64,000 bases of DNA from Spongospora subterranea f. sp. subterranea (GCA_049724395.1 JAUGWO010000142.1:1-64000); one strand, 5' to 3'; shown: positions 23,655 through 37,200, numbered from the stretch's first letter. Numbers and translations: made by a program. The notes: a model not told the origin generated them from the sequence alone.

Positions 23655-24128
23655 TCATTCACCCTGTGCGAGCTCAGGGAAATGGTAAACGCTGGCGCCA
23701 ACTTCCCATTCGGGATCATCTGCCGTGATTTCCGCTTCACGAGCCAGTTTAACTTCCCGCAATTTTATATACCTAGCACGAAACCTTGAAATGCGTCGTC
23801 TCAATGCGGCGAAGACAAAAATTACCTTTCATCCTCCAGAGCCTGTAATAATGGGGTAAGGGTCATTTTTGCTCGTAAATCTTGTCGCTTGATCTTCCTA
23901 ACAACGATAGCTGAAGGTCATTGAAGGCCCAAAAGAATGTTTTGAAACAAAACAAGCGCACTTCAGATTACGATTATTGATAACAGTGGCGATCAGGCCG
24001 ATAAAAGACGTGGCAATCCCGATCTGCCACCATTGTTTCGGGGTAGGTCCCCAGAAAGGGGTCACCCGGCGCACGTCTACAGGAGGAAACCCGCCTGCTG
24101 GCGCGATATCCTGACGATAGGTACTCAT
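23655..24128 (-). CDS. NDUFA13: Complex I subunit NDUFA13/GRIM-19, 2 introns
   Basis: QDIAPAGGFPPV..RR..P..GP; one TM helix; LTPLLQALEDER; EAEITADDPEWEVGASVYH. Confidence 0.9.
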
Positions 24129-24806
24129 GTTGCGGTATCAACCGGTCGCTTGTTGTAGCGCCCTGTTCCTGTCGCTGCTGTTCCTCTGAGAAAGGTGCGG
24201 GTAGTCGGGTACAGTACGTACCCGTGTTTTATTGTCAAACGGGGTTACCCTGACTGAGCTGGAGGGTATTTTGTTACTGAATGTACCGGTCGACACGCAA
24301 CCGTCGCATAAATCAGGAAGGTCCTCGACCGACTATGGGGTTGCGCTGAATAAAAGCTTGGAACACTGGAAAGTTTGTGCAGAATGTCTGTCGATCTGGC
24401 AATCTGGCTAGTAAACAATGTTGCATTAATAGTCAGTTCTTCTACAGTGTGATGAAAGCAGAGCAATCCAACCGTTGTCATTCCAGCCGACCTGTTTCGT
24501 TTTTGCTGATGAAGAAATGTGTTTATTAACTGCAAACAGCTATCGAATCCTTCTGCATCTGACGATTGGGAATTACCCCACCTTAGAGCCACCAGCGATT
24601 GAGCCATTGGCCCTTTTTGGGTCCTTGTCCTTGACCAACGCACTCTGTCACCTCGTTTGCGCAACCATCGCCTTTTAAACACACACATACAGCAAAAACC
24701 AGTTGAGTGAGGCGCAGGCCGCGCTCACCTCTATGTTGCTCAACTACCTATTGGGTTGCCGTTACACCTTTATTTTCTCTTTTAAAGAACCGGATCCTGG
24801 TTCGCG

Positions 24807-26873
24807 ATGGTTTTAAAGGCGGTGGTGGCCATTGTTGTTGCCCTGGTTGTCGTCAATTGTGGGCCTACTGACCATCATTATAGCGATGGAGATTTGGTAC
24901 CATTTTACGCGCATTTCCCCTCAAAACGAAATTGAGTAATCCGATGCCATCCAGATCCCAGTTTATGTTGATACTGCTGGGTCGGTTCATAATCCAGCAG
25001 AAGCATACGACTATTATACAATGCCCGTCTGCAGACCTGATCACATTCAACTTCTTTCGTCGTCGCTCGGGGATATGCTCTCGGGGAGGCGCTTGCACAA
25101 CTCCGTCGTCAACTTGCCTTTCAAAACGTTTGTGAAACGGAAGGTCAGCTGCTAGATTATCTATATCACCACATAATATTCACACGTAAAACAGGTCGCG
25201 TGCAAACTGGCTCTGGATCAGGCTATGATTCAGAAATATATTTCTGCTATTGAACAAGATTATACGTTCACAATGATTATTGACGACTTATCTGTTCAAG
25301 GGTTCTTCGGGGAATCAGAAGGGATCAACCTCGAATTCGGCGACCATTCTCATGACTTCGTAAAGTACTATTTGTACCCGCGGACCGTATATTCTGTTCA
25401 ATATAATGGTCCCAATGTTATCGCCGTCTCTGTTTCGTCTGATGCTGATTCGCGGATTGAGTTAAAGCCGTCAATGCAATCGCTTGACATTGAGTTTTCG
25501 TTCGGCGTTGAATGGGAGTTCACCGATGTACCGTTTGCTGAACGCATGGATCACCAGTCCGAATTAGTGTGGAGCGAACATACCATGAACATCCATTGGT
25601 TATCGATCATCAATTCATTCGTGCTGGTTTTGTTGCTCACCATCTTTCTCGCCATCATTATTCTCCGCGTTCTCCGTAACGACTTCGCTCGATACTCAGA
25701 ATCGGATGATTTGGTTCCATTAGAAAGTAGCGCCGACGAGTCTGGCTGGAAACAGGTCTATGGAGATGTTTTCCGCTTCCCTTCTCATCCGATGGCGTTC
25801 TGCTCCGTCGTCGGTGCAGGAGCTCATATTTTTTCTTGTGTGGCCCTGTTATGCACCGTATCGCTTCTTGATACGTTTTCCACAGGCACCCATGGTGCTG
25901 TGTATTCTGCGGCCATCTTTTGTTATGGTTTAACTGCACCGATAGGCGGATATGTCTCTGGTTATCTCAACGCTCAGATTGGTGGTGATACCAAGTGGGC
26001 TACGAACGCTCTCGTAACCGCTCTCGTGTTCTCGTTTCCTCTTTCCGTCGTTTTTTTGACAGTAAATTCTATTGCCTTCGCGTATGGTTCAGCGGTTGCA
26101 ATCCCGTTTCTGCCTATATTCGGACTATTCTCATTCTGGGCGTGTATCGCCTTCCCTCTCACTGTTTTTGGGGCTATGCGTGGTCGCAAAGCTGCGAAAC
26201 CATTCGAGGCTCCATGCAAAACAAACAGGGTCCGCCGTGAAATTCCCCCTTTGCCTTGGTTTCAAACCAAGCCCTCTACGATTTTCATTTCCGGGTTTCT
26301 CCCGTTCTCCGCCATCTATATCGGTAGTCCTTCGGTAGCGTGTTTGAGGAATTCTGTCTAACCGTTGCGAATTTGTAGAAATGCACTATATTTTTGCCGC
26401 AGTTTGGGGACATCAGATCTACCGATTGTTTGGCATGCTGGCGATAGCATTTATCATGCTGATTCTTGTCACATCCTTTATCACAGTCTCGTAAGAGTTC
26501 ATCCCTCAATGCGTAAAGTTCGTTCCTAATCCCGGCACATTTTGTCATCCCCAGGTTGACATACTTTCAGCTGGCTCACGAGAATTATCTCTGGTGGTGG
26601 TCGGCATTCTTCAACGGAAGTGCCGGTGGAATATTCGTACTCGCTTATTCAACATTCTATTACTTCTTCAGGTGCGTCTAACGACAAAACATTCTCAAGT
26701 GCGATAAGAGCTTTTCTTTCAGGTCAACCATGAGCGGCGTTCTCCAAGCATCGTTCTTCTTCGGATACATGCTTCTTATATCTTATGCATTCTCTCTGAT
26801 GCTTGGAGCAATAGGGTTCGCTGCATCACTTCCATTTGTTCGTTATATCTATGCAAGTATCAAATCTGATTGA
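24807..26873 (+). CDS. Transmembrane 9 superfamily (nonaspanin/EMP70) protein, TM9SF1-like
   Basis: Signal peptide; IHWLSIINSFVLVLLL; ESGWKQVYGDVFRFP; GFLPFSAIYIE; ENYLWWW; C-terminal IYASIKSD (KxD motif). Confidence 0.94.
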
Positions 26874-27678
26874 CGTAATGTAATCTGCTTTGAGGTGAAA
26901 ATCGAGAAAGATAAAACAGATTGGCAAAACGTTTGATTTCCAAATAATTAAAAATAAGGTAATTTTTGTTATCACTTTGGTCGGGATCCAATTAAGGATA
27001 TGACCGCTTCTCCATCGCCTTGAATTACGCCTGAAGGCAAAATCGACTACCAGAATCATTGACAGACTTTATTGACGCAATGCATGTTGACCACCAGATT
27101 GTGCAGTAAGATCACCTGCTGTTGATGAAAAGTGAAATTGTTTGCAGCAATGTTTTTTTTGTGAATGTTGATGATTTGAGGTCACACTTTGGTCCAAAAG
27201 TCAACCGATAGCGAATTGACAACGGGATTCAATACCAAAGAGCGTGCAATCACTTCTGAAAAGTTTGCAAACCAAGAATAACTGTAGGGTTTGCAAAACA
27301 AAAGAGGTTCGCAAACTTAACACACGCTCCGAACACCCCAATGTAGAAAATAATAAACTTTATAAATAAACGCCTTCTGCTACCAGTTGGGATTTGGAAA
27401 CCATATAATCTCACAACACGTTGACATACACAGGCGCAAACACAGCCCAAATGTCAGCCTGTTCCCAGTTTGTCTCGCTGGCGCATCCCCGTTTCCAACA
27501 CTGCAGAAGTGTCATGTACTGGTTATGTACAGCGCGACCGATGCGATGCTCCAGAGAGTGGAATCTACACAGCTAAAGAATATCTGCGTGACCAACCCCC
27601 CCGTCCCCCCTCTGACAGCACCTGGAATTTGTGCGCCACCTGACCTCGGTCAGACCCAGAAAATTGGTGTCGCTTCTG

Positions 27679-28914
27679 ATGAAACCGGCAATGATGCAGA
27701 AACAGCGACGTATTGTAATCCTGGGGTTTTCGTTCGTCGGCAAGGTACCTATTGGGTGGGTTGATATTTCAGGTTCGGTTTTCATTGAGGTTGCTAGACG
27801 GCCATCTCGGTCCGATTTTGCTCGGATCGTTTCAACGACCGTTATGAGCCTACGTATGAGAATTCGTTTCGCCGGGTGATTCGGCATCGTGGCCAGGATA
27901 TGGACGTAATTATTACAGATACGCAGGGACAGGTATTTTTTAGTAATTTATTTTTCTCGCCAAACACTGATAATAAATTAAGGATGAACAAGAGCTATTC
28001 AGGAATGAGTATTGTCTTGGAGCTCATGCCTATGTCCTTGTTTTTAGTTTAACATCACCCCGATCGTTGCAGAATGTCAGTACTTTGTTGGAAGCGTGTT
28101 TTTTGCAGCTGATTTTGTGTTCAGGTGAAAGTTATCAACGAAAAGTTGGTTAATTTGATTGGGCACAAGGACATCGCACGTGTTTTGGTCGGCAGTAAGC
28201 AAGATCTTGATACTGAGAGGCGTATTCCCGTACAGGAATGTATGGATTTGGCTCGAGACTGGGGTTGCCCCTACGTGGAATGCTCCGCCAAACAAAACCT
28301 GAACGTCGACGAAATATTCCGCCTATCGCTGCAGGAAATCGATCGCTTCAGCGACGATGATATCACGCAATCGCCGATTAATTGGATGGGTCGTGTCACC
28401 TCAACTTTTACTTCCTATGCATCGCTTACCAGTAGTCTCACCGCTCTTGCCACTCTTTGTCTCATTTGGGGCGTCGCCATTTTTGGTTTGGCTTCGTGGG
28501 TGGGAACCACGTCCAGAGGCGACGACAAAGCCAACGTCGAGGCTTATCGTGAGGCGCTAAGATTCTCACGCTTTTTTATTTGCTAACCGGTTGTCTTCAG
28601 TTCTTTTCGGGTTGGGATTAGCGACGACATTTAGTTCAATTTTGGGCCTTATCGGAGTGAAGACTTTACGTCGAAACTACCTATATTGGTTCTCATTGAC
28701 GTTGCTGCTGTTGCTAATAACCGAGGTGATGCTTTACGCATTGTCATGGCCGATTGGAATGGCGTCAGTGATGATGGCTGGCCTCGGTGCGATCGGAGTG
28801 TCAATCCAAGCGACAACAGCGATTTGCTCTTGGCGATTGCAGCGAGATTTGCGGCATGTTATTCCCGACACATTAGAGCATTATGTACCCATTCCATCCG
28901 ATATATATCCATGA
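27679..28914 (+). CDS. Rheb-family small GTPase with four C-terminal transmembrane segments (Rheb-TM), 4 introns
   Basis: RRIVILGFSFVGKT; FNDRYEPTYENSF; DTQGQDE; VKVINEKLVNLIG; VLVGSKQDL; ECSAK. There is no CaaX; instead a ~170-aa tail carries 4 hydrophobic segments. The start may be 27679 or 27691. Confidence 0.85.
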
Positions 28915-28972
28915 GAAAACTTCTCAGACCACAAAGGCAATAAATACATATTTAGAGATCGATTTTTAATTC

Positions 28973-29460
28973 TTATGAGTCGTCGATGGCCATTATATCT
29001 TTCGATGAGCTGATAATCTGCTCAACGCGGTTGATGGATTTCGTGCTCTGAATCAAATCAGTGTTGAACTGGATCGCATGTTTCTGACATGAACGAAATT
29101 GTCCCCCCGAGATGGATAACACGTGCCAACACTTTCCTTTGCTCGTACAACGTCATTAGAGATAGCGCCGCCCATATCAACTGATGATGTGCTCTGGCAC
29201 ATCTGATGATCACCAAACCCGTCAGATTATTCAAATACTTCACTGGCGATGATTTCAGTTAGAATGACACATGATCCAATTGTGACAGCCGCCGCACCTT
29301 GAGTTGCCTGTAGGCACAATGCGCTGCCAAAGTCGCCGAACCCATCGCGGATCAGCTTGCGAAGATGGCGCTGCAAAGCGGTCGCCGAGAACGATTGATC
29401 AACCTTACCGTCGCCCCAGACCAGTTGGACCAAAAGATACCGGTTCTTGAACCGGACCAT
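28973..29460 (-). CDS. POP5: RNase P/MRP protein subunit POP5, 2 introns
   Basis: MVRFKNRYLL..FGDFG..VKYLNNLTGLVIIRCAR..VIHLGGTI. The last-exon frame is ambiguous (stop at 28993 or 28973). Confidence 0.9.
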
Positions 29461-30124
29461 GATAAGCAAAAATCCGGATCCAGATCCGGGTGGAGTTTTG
29501 CGGACTCCGACTTGCTCCAGAATGATGAAACTTACCGAAATCGATATTTTCCTGCCGAACTGTTTTTTTGTAGGTTCCGTTTGTATAAACCAAGTTTCCA
29601 CAAACACCTTGTTTTAACAAAACTTATTTTTCTGAAAATTCGCTCATTATCAATGATGTCCTTCACAAAGGTTGGCGATATCAACGATGAACCAGGAGCA
29701 GGCGCTGCAAATGATGAGGAAATGGCGAAAGAAGCTACATTCGTAAGACAAGCACATGTGGCTGTATGTTTGAGGAACGATCTAATCGTTGCCAGAGGGG
29801 ACGGCCGTAGAAAACCTGCCGGAGCAACCAAAACCCGAACTGAATAGTGTCGGGTCATATGCTCATACCTCGTTAGCAAAACCCAATCGAACAGAATTCC
29901 GAATAAGTTCCAGCAGACTAGAGTTCTACGCGGTGACAAGATGAGTTGACCCCTATCACAATCTATCCTACAGGAGTAAATACGCTTCAAAATTTTATTC
30001 TTTCAGAACTAAGTAAATACAGTAATACACAAAAAAAAAACGGTTTTAGAGGTCGAGATACAGAACCCCGGTCCACAGTCTCTTTTTCGAATTACTTTGG
30101 GGCGAAGCAATTTCAGCAAGTACT

Positions 30125-30527
30125 GTAGTGCTTTTTTGCAGTTTGCTCATCGTGACCAAACGACTTATAGATAAAAGTCCTGGATGTCGCGTCCGCCACG
30201 CCTTGCGATATCATGGTATCAGTTGTCTTCCGAATTGTCTGCGGCGACACATGATAGTCAGGACGAAACCTTTCACCAAGTGTGTGGGACACTCAAAGTA
30301 TTGGAGGCGGTGAACGAATTTCGACACTTACCGCTTGAACAACGACACAGTCGCAGGATAGAGTCCCACACACTTGTTGAAAGGTTCGTCCAGACTATCA
30401 TGGGTCGCCGCAGACAATTCGGAAAACATTTGACACGATTGTATCGCAGGGCGTGGCGGACGCGACAACCACGACTTTGCTCTATAAGTCGTTCGGTCAC
30501 GACGAGCAAACTGCAAAGAAGCACTAC
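30125..30527. repeat. Long imperfect inverted repeat: arms 30125-30290 and 30363-30527, 72-nt loop
   Basis: By-eye alignment gives 18 substitutions and 1 indel over ~166 bp. No target-site duplication is visible. Confidence 0.95.
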
Positions 30528-31030
30528 GTGTCAGCTTCATGAAGTTCCTATCGGCTCTTCTCTCATCATCCCTGACCTGACGAGCTTCTTCAAGTTTTGC
30601 CTCTCTTTCGTCCCTCTCTTTCTGTACTCCAAATCTCGCCCAATCTGTTTCGTTCCCATCATCAGCACCAATGATAAGAGGTTGTCTGTCCCCGGATTTC
30701 GCGAGAGGTTTTTAGACGCTTTGCCGCCGTTTGCGACATTGTTGACGGAGAGGGGCTGGATTGGTCAACCGGCGTGTCATGTCGATCAGCTGGTTTGGAG
30801 TTCTGCCCGACCTGCCGCAATTGCTCTCGCGGGCGCAACAAGGGCAGCGCCGACACCACCACTGTCCGCTGGGGGGACTCGAATTATTTGGCCGCTTTCC
30901 TGAATCTCTTGATCCCAGCCGCCAGAATCGTCGTCCGGGTCATCATGAGAAACATCTACGCTTCCGGCCAGCGAAGGAAAAAATGGCACCTGATCATCTT
31001 CAAACGACGCCACACTCATTTTCTGTTGAA
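30328..31030 (-). pseudogene. Frameshifted hypothetical gene with low-complexity and coiled-coil segments, possibly TE-derived
   Basis: The open frame from ~30710 to 30328 gives QKERDEREAKLEEARQVRDDERRADRNFMKL...FNKCVGLYPATVSLFKR*. Upstream acidic and Ser-rich pieces lie in other frames. Confidence 0.35.
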
Positions 31031-31718
31031 TTGAGCACTGCGAACGTTTCGCCCTAACGACCAATCAGGATCTCCTAATATATCAACAGTCAGCACATTA
31101 GTTAAACAGCCAAAACAGCATTGGATACAACCGGTGGTTTTTAGATTGCCGCAAACTGTCGAATTTACGCGCAAAGACTCCATGTCTCGCAACTCGAAAC
31201 CTTTAGGAAGGTGTGTATTGTAACCAGACTGGAGGTCTTCCCATTGTAATGCCCCTCTTCAACCAGAGTGAGCACGCCTATGACAAATTGATCGAGGGTT
31301 TGGGCGGTGAACCCTGTTCCTCGTCGTTTGCCTGTTAACCCGGCTTTCTTTGCAAACAAGGTGATGATGTGGTGAGAAGTGAGAACGCTACCTGGCGCTC
31401 CTTGGCAAGCCCGCCAAAATCATACCGAAGGGCGCTAAAATCATCGAACGTCAAAGTCGTCATACAAAGCGCGCCAAAACCTCCAGCATGTACATACAGA
31501 ATTTGCGTCAGTGTTCGCACAAATTGTGTTTGCGCGGTTTTTGGAAGTCACCCACTGTTATACTGGAAAAAGGAGCGCCAACGATACGGTACGGCAGTGG
31601 TATTTAACAACAGGTGAAGAGGCTGCGTATGAACCGGGGAAATCACGTGTTGATTTGGACCAGGCCATTACTGCAGCTCCATCGTCATTGTCTAACGGTT
31701 GGGCCTGGGCGATACTTC

Positions 31719-33025
31719 ATGCCGGATACTCAGCCGAAACGGACTGCGCTACAGGTTCTGGAAAATGATGGTGGTTTGGTGGCGAAACGTGCCAAACTGT
31801 CTACTCAGCCATCTGATACAGCTCCGATTCTTCGACGCTTAGCAATTCTGTCAGATTCATGCGATGCCTTCAAAGTGGCTCGTTTAACAGTTGATTCAGG
31901 GAATGTTAATGGACTTAGGGCGATAGCCAAGGTACTTGAAATATGTTGTCGGTTATCGGCCCAATCATGCTCAGTCAGAAACCCGATATCCTTCCCAATT
32001 TTCTGAAAGATCACGAACCGGATATTATATGCTTGTCCGAGGTCAAATGTAGAACAGAAGATAATCCATGGGATGTATCCAAGTTTGGATATAAATGCAT
32101 TATGAACAGCGCTACAGTTAAAAAGGGTTCCTATTCAGGCACTGCGTATGTTTTCGATCATTTAAACAGCATGCGACAAATTGAATACAATGCAGAATCT
32201 ACACCAAACTTGAACCGATGTCTGTTTCGAAAGGAATTGGTCAGTTCAAATATTCAGGATCGAGCAAAACAAAATTGATCTGAGGTTTCAGGCGAATGCG
32301 ATGATGAAGGGAGGGTAATCACCATGGAGCTGCCAGATTATTACGTCGTTTGTGTTTATGCTCCAAGTATTTAGCTGAGTTCAATCATATCTCCGCAATG
32401 CTGATGGGCATTGTAGATTCCGGCGCCAAGCTCGACCGCCTTTCCTATAGAACCACCACATGGGATGGGAAGTTTCGGGAACACGTCTGTAAACTTCAAA
32501 AGACAAAACCCGTTATCCTCGCCGGGGATTTCAACGTTGCTCGTACTCACTTTTATTCGTTGATTGCTTGCAACTCAGAGGTGTTTTTAGATCTGGAAAT
32601 TGATGTTCACGATCCGATTTCCAACCGTAATAAGGTTAGTAAGTTCCTTGAGAGTATCTTGTCAGCTGAGCGAGGCTTGTTTCCAGACTTCAGGGTTTTG
32701 TGATCAGGAGCGAGAAAACTTCTCACAATTGCTAGATGAATGCAAACTGGTTGACACATATCGAAAGTTTCATCCGCACGAGACGATAAAATCGTACACG
32801 TACTTGTAAGTCTACAGGATTTCCTTTTATCAAATTCTTTATTCCATTGTTTCTCTTGCAGTAGCTATAGATTCAACTGTCGCATGAAGCAGAAGGGCTG
32901 GCGTGTCGATTACGTTCTGGCTTCCGAGTCATTAATGAATAAGATTTGCTTCAGTGGACGTCGTTCAAGAACAAACTGGCAGCGATCATCTTCCCATTGT
33001 ACTTCATTTCAACACAGAAACTTGA
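31719..33025 (+). CDS. APEX1: AP endonuclease 1 / exonuclease III family, multi-exon
   Basis: NVNGLRA; PDIICLSEVK; YSGTA; DDEGRVIT; YAPNSG; ILAGDFNVAH; GWRVDYVL; GSDHLPI. There is an apparent +1 base near 32946. An in-frame upstream ATG lies at 31629. Confidence 0.92.
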
Positions 33026-33308
33026 TTTGAGAATACTGCTATTAATAATAAATGTTGTCGTCTTTCATACTGGCAGCGTTCATCTTTCTCCAAAATTCTT
33101 CTTATTAACAACAGTTGTTGGACGAATGGGACCTCGGCATCTCTGCAGGCAAGCCAGTAAATATAGAGGGCGCAACCGGGTCTCTCAATCACACCAACGC
33201 CCGATAAGCGAAAAACTGTCAGGTTTACAGAAAATTGAGATCTATTAGCAGAATACGCTTTCCAGCAAAGAAGTTGAGTGCAAGTTCAATGGTATAAAAG
33301 AATTTTAT

Positions 33309-34139
33309 CTATTCAGCGGACGGGACAGCCTTCTCGGCGAGCTTGCTCTGGGCGATGAGCAAGTCACTGAACTCCTGGTATGGCGATGGCTCGAACTTGG
33401 TTGGGGTCCAGTCGCTCGGGGTCAAGTAGGAGTAGGTCTTGCAGACGGCGTTGAAAGTCGCCATGACGAAGTTGCCAAGGGTGCGCGTAGTACCGCTGGA
33501 CGATGTGTAGACATCGTGTAAACCGGCGTAGGACAACAGCTTCTTTGGGACACGAGCGGCGACAATACCAGTACCACGAGGAGCCGGTACCAAACGGACC
33601 CGAACCGATCCGCACTTGCCGGTGACCTTGCAAGGAACAGTGTGGACATCGCCGAAAGTGGAGCCCCAGTATCCGCGGCGGATTGGGACAACGGAAAGCT
33701 TGGCGGCGATGATGGCACCGCGAATAGCAGTAGCGACTTCCTTGCTGCATTTGACACCGAGACCAACGTGGCCGTTGCTGTCGCCGACAACGACGAAGGC
33801 TTTGAAGCGGGTACGTTGACCGGCACGGGTCTGTTTCTGAACAGGGGTAATCTTCATCACCTCATCCTTGAGTTTATCACCAAGGAACTTCTCAACGATC
33901 TGGTATTCCTTGATGGGCAGGGAGAAGCGGTAGATATCCTCGAGCGAGGTGATCTTATCAGCCATAACAAGGCGTCCAAGCTTCGTCACGGGAACCCATT
34001 TGGCCTCATCACGGGGACCACGGCCACGGCGAGGACCACGACCACGGCCACGACCTTCACCGCGTCCTCCGCCACGTCCAAAGCCCCGGCCGAAGCCACC
34101 GCGCTCGCCATTGGTAGGCGCTCCACCAAAGTCAGCCAT
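33309..34139 (-). CDS. RPS2: 40S ribosomal protein S2 (uS5), intronless
   Basis: RG-rich N-terminus; [52 protein letters not shown]. Strong codon bias. Confidence 0.99.
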   Translation of the reverse strand: MADFGGAPTNGERGGFGRGFGRGGGRGEGRGRGRGPRRGRGPRDEAKWVPVTKLGRLVMADKITSLEDIYRFSLPIKEYQIVEKFLGDKLKDEVMKITPVQKQTRAGQRTRFKAFVVVGDSNGHVGLGVKCSKEVATAIRGAIIAAKLSVVPIRRGYWGSTFGDVHTVPCKVTGKCGSVRVRLVPAPRGTGIVAARVPKKLLSYAGLHDVYTSSSGTTRTLGNFVMATFNAVCKTYSYLTPSDWTPTKFEPSPYQEFSDLLIAQSKLAEKAVPSAE

Positions 34140-34247
34140 TGTTCGTAATGTTCAGGATTCTGGGATGAAGGGATACTGCGTGGCGGACTCCGAAAATAAC
34201 AAATATATGAACACTCGCTCTAAGGAAATATATGTTTGAGAGTGACT

Positions 34248-37200
34248 TTATTGAAAAGGAGGTGTACGTGTTTGCGTTTTTTCATGAGGCTGAGTAGGTT
34301 CTTGGATACCGATAGCAGTTTGACAACGCTGGCATATTTCGGCGTCGGAAAGGGGGGCGTATTTCCAGCAGCGCGCACACTTGCCTCCTTTTGCTGAGGC
34401 GATACTCACACTTGCTTTGAGCAAAGAACGACCATCAACATCAACAAATTCATGCGTTTCCTGTAGAAACGGAACCTCACTTGGCGCTCGGTTTGATATA
34501 CTAACTGAGGATACAGACAGGACTTCGGCCAATGCGTCGTTGCCGATCTGGTCAATAAAAGCAGATATTTGGGAATCCTGTATATCGATAACGAGTTTGG
34601 GCCTGTAGCGAATTGCCAATTAGTTTTTGATTTCGGACGGTTTCGAGCATCTTGTTGACGATGTCACGCAGGCGCAGGACTGAGTGCCATTGTTTGGCAA
34701 ATTCGCCGTTGGCTGTCCAGATATCAGGGGCGATTGACCAGCCTTGCGTTAAAATGGATTGAGGGTGATCGCCTTGGTGCAGATTTTTCATTACGGTCAA
34801 CAATTTTTGCTGATATATATCTTCGCCTGTTTGCGGGGCAATAGGGGCGATTGCCATATTAATGACGTTCAACACTTCGTACAAAACAGTTTGGGATGAG
34901 CGCCTGGATTGCGAAGTCTTAGCTTCAGCGTATAAGCGATCTTTGGAAGCATGGGCGTAGAGAGGAGAGAAAAATGCGCCTATAAAACGATTTAATGCAG
35001 CCATGACTTTGTTGTGCTGGAACGAAAGATAAGCTGCGTCAATCTCTGTGCATAGAAGTCCGAGCTCAAACAGCGCATAGCGATCGAACGAATGAAGATC
35101 ATCATACGCAACTCGGTCATCAGGGGAGAAATCTGCCAGGCAGCCGAGCATGAAACGAGCGCAGTTCCGAAGACGTCTTAAGCTGGCCTTGGCGTTATCC
35201 AAACTAGTTGGACCGATTATAACATCTCCGGTGATATCGGAACAGCCCACCCAGACGCGAAGGGTGTCCAGACTGAACTTGCCCTCTGATAATAAATCAC
35301 GTGGATCCACGACATTACCGACTGATTTCGACATTTTTCTGGCTCTCTCATCCAGGACGAAACCGTGAGTGAGAATCTGGCGGAAAGGGGCTTTTCCATC
35401 TCCAGATGCGATCCTAGTCAGTAATGAAGATTGAAACCAGCCGCGATGTTGATCAGATCCTTCTACAACAAGGTCGGATACTGCGCCCCCCATCACCGAC
35501 GACCACGATGTGCCACTGTCAAACCATACATCCAACGTGTCATTTGAGCGTACATAATCGTGAGCATCCGAGCGATATTCCGGCGCCAATAGCTCTGCAA
35601 CCGACATAGTCCACCAACACTTAGAACCATGCTGGGCGAAAAGTCCTCGAATGTGATCAATAGACCTCTCAGTCATCAACGGTTTCCCAGTCTCAACGTG
35701 ATAAAACACTGGGATTGGCAGTCCCCAATATCTTTGTCTGGAGATACACCATTCATCGCGAGACACCACCATAGACCGTAGTCGCTGACCGCCATCGGGA
35801 ATCATGGTGACATCCTGAAGTGCCGACATGGCAGCATCTCTGATGCCACCTTCCAGCTCACAGAACCATTGAGGAGTTGACAGCGTGATTACAGGTTGCT
35901 TCGTTCTCCAATCGTACGGGTAAGAATGTGTATACTGAGTAGAATGAAGAAGGGTTTGTTTGGAGGAAAGAAAGTCCAGAATAGCACGTTGTCCAGCTCC
36001 CAAAACAAATTTTCCAATCAAATCAGGGAACCCCACTTCAGAAGTGAATTTACCTTCCTATGAAACGATTAGTGTGGAAAAGTCATTTTGAACCCCAACG
36101 ACCTTATCGACCGGTGACAATACTGGAAGTCCATGCTGGCGACCCACAATGTGATCTTCTTTGCCATGTCCTGGTGCCGTGTGGACCAAACCAGTTCCGA
36201 CGTCGTCAGACACAAAGGGGCTGGTCACAAGAGGAACACTACATTGATTTTGAAGAGGATGCTGACACCGGTAAGATGACAGTTGTGAAGTCGATATTTG
36301 ACCGAGCACGGTCAACGGCTCAGGACCGAGAATTTCCTGCAAACTCTCAATGCGGCAAGATCCAACGATGAATTTTCCTTTCCCGTTCATGACAACTGAA
36401 TATGTTGCCTTTGGATCAAACGCTACTGCTGCATTGGCGGCTAAAGTCCATGGTGTCGTCGTCCAAATGAGAGCGGAAGCTCCACCGAGAAGTGGATCTT
36501 CAGCTTCAAGCTTTTTTATCAGAGGAAATGCGACGTAAGCTGCCGTGCTCACGTGATCGGATCGATACTCTAGCTCGGCTTCAGCGAGGGCAGTCAATGA
36601 TGAAGGACTCCAATATACAGGTTTCCGTTCACGACGCAGCAACCCCCTTGCTGCGATTTTTGAGAATATTGCAAGCTGAGCGGCTTCATATTCTTTCGAC
36701 ATGGTTGTATAATGATTGTCGTAATCTGCAATTAACGACCAAGATTTCATCTCCTTTTTATGCTGAGAAATGACATTGCTTGCTAAGTCTTCGGACGCTT
36801 TTCGAATCCAAGTAGGATCTGTACAGTCAGCGACCTGCTTGACTTTACACTCGATCGGCAATCCATGACAATCTACAAGAAAAATTAGGCAACCATCCCA
36901 GCTCGGTTAAAACATATTCCTTACCCCATCCAGGGCGATAATCGACCCTATGTCCTGACATTATCTTTTGGCGGATGATTATGTCTTTGATAGTTTTGTT
37001 GAGGAAATGTCCCATGTGTAGATCACCATTCTGTGCAAAATATCACTCGATATGTGGCTAGTAACGCGTGATCTCTGAATTACGGCAAATGGAGGTCCAT
37101 CGTGAAGGGTGAATAGCGGGAGATGTTGTCGACCCTTCTGCCATTGATAAACCTCGCTCCATAGAGCGGGATCTTGCGTTAAGCGTTCCGGCAGATCCCC

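Noticed and set aside
29653..29850. Short acidic exon-like segment MMSFTKVGDINDEPGAGAANDEEMAKEATF followed by GTAAG
   Set aside because: It could be a first exon, but I could not build a downstream open model.
30184..30903. 239-aa plus-strand ORF spanning the hairpin
   Set aside because: It is built from the decayed arm plus the antisense of the minus-strand frame, has a non-protein-like composition, and matches no family.
33364..34239. Long overlapping and antisense ORFs over RPS2 (similarly over the AlkB and lipase genes)
   Set aside because: These are expected shadow ORFs from GC-rich codon bias, with no independent motifs.
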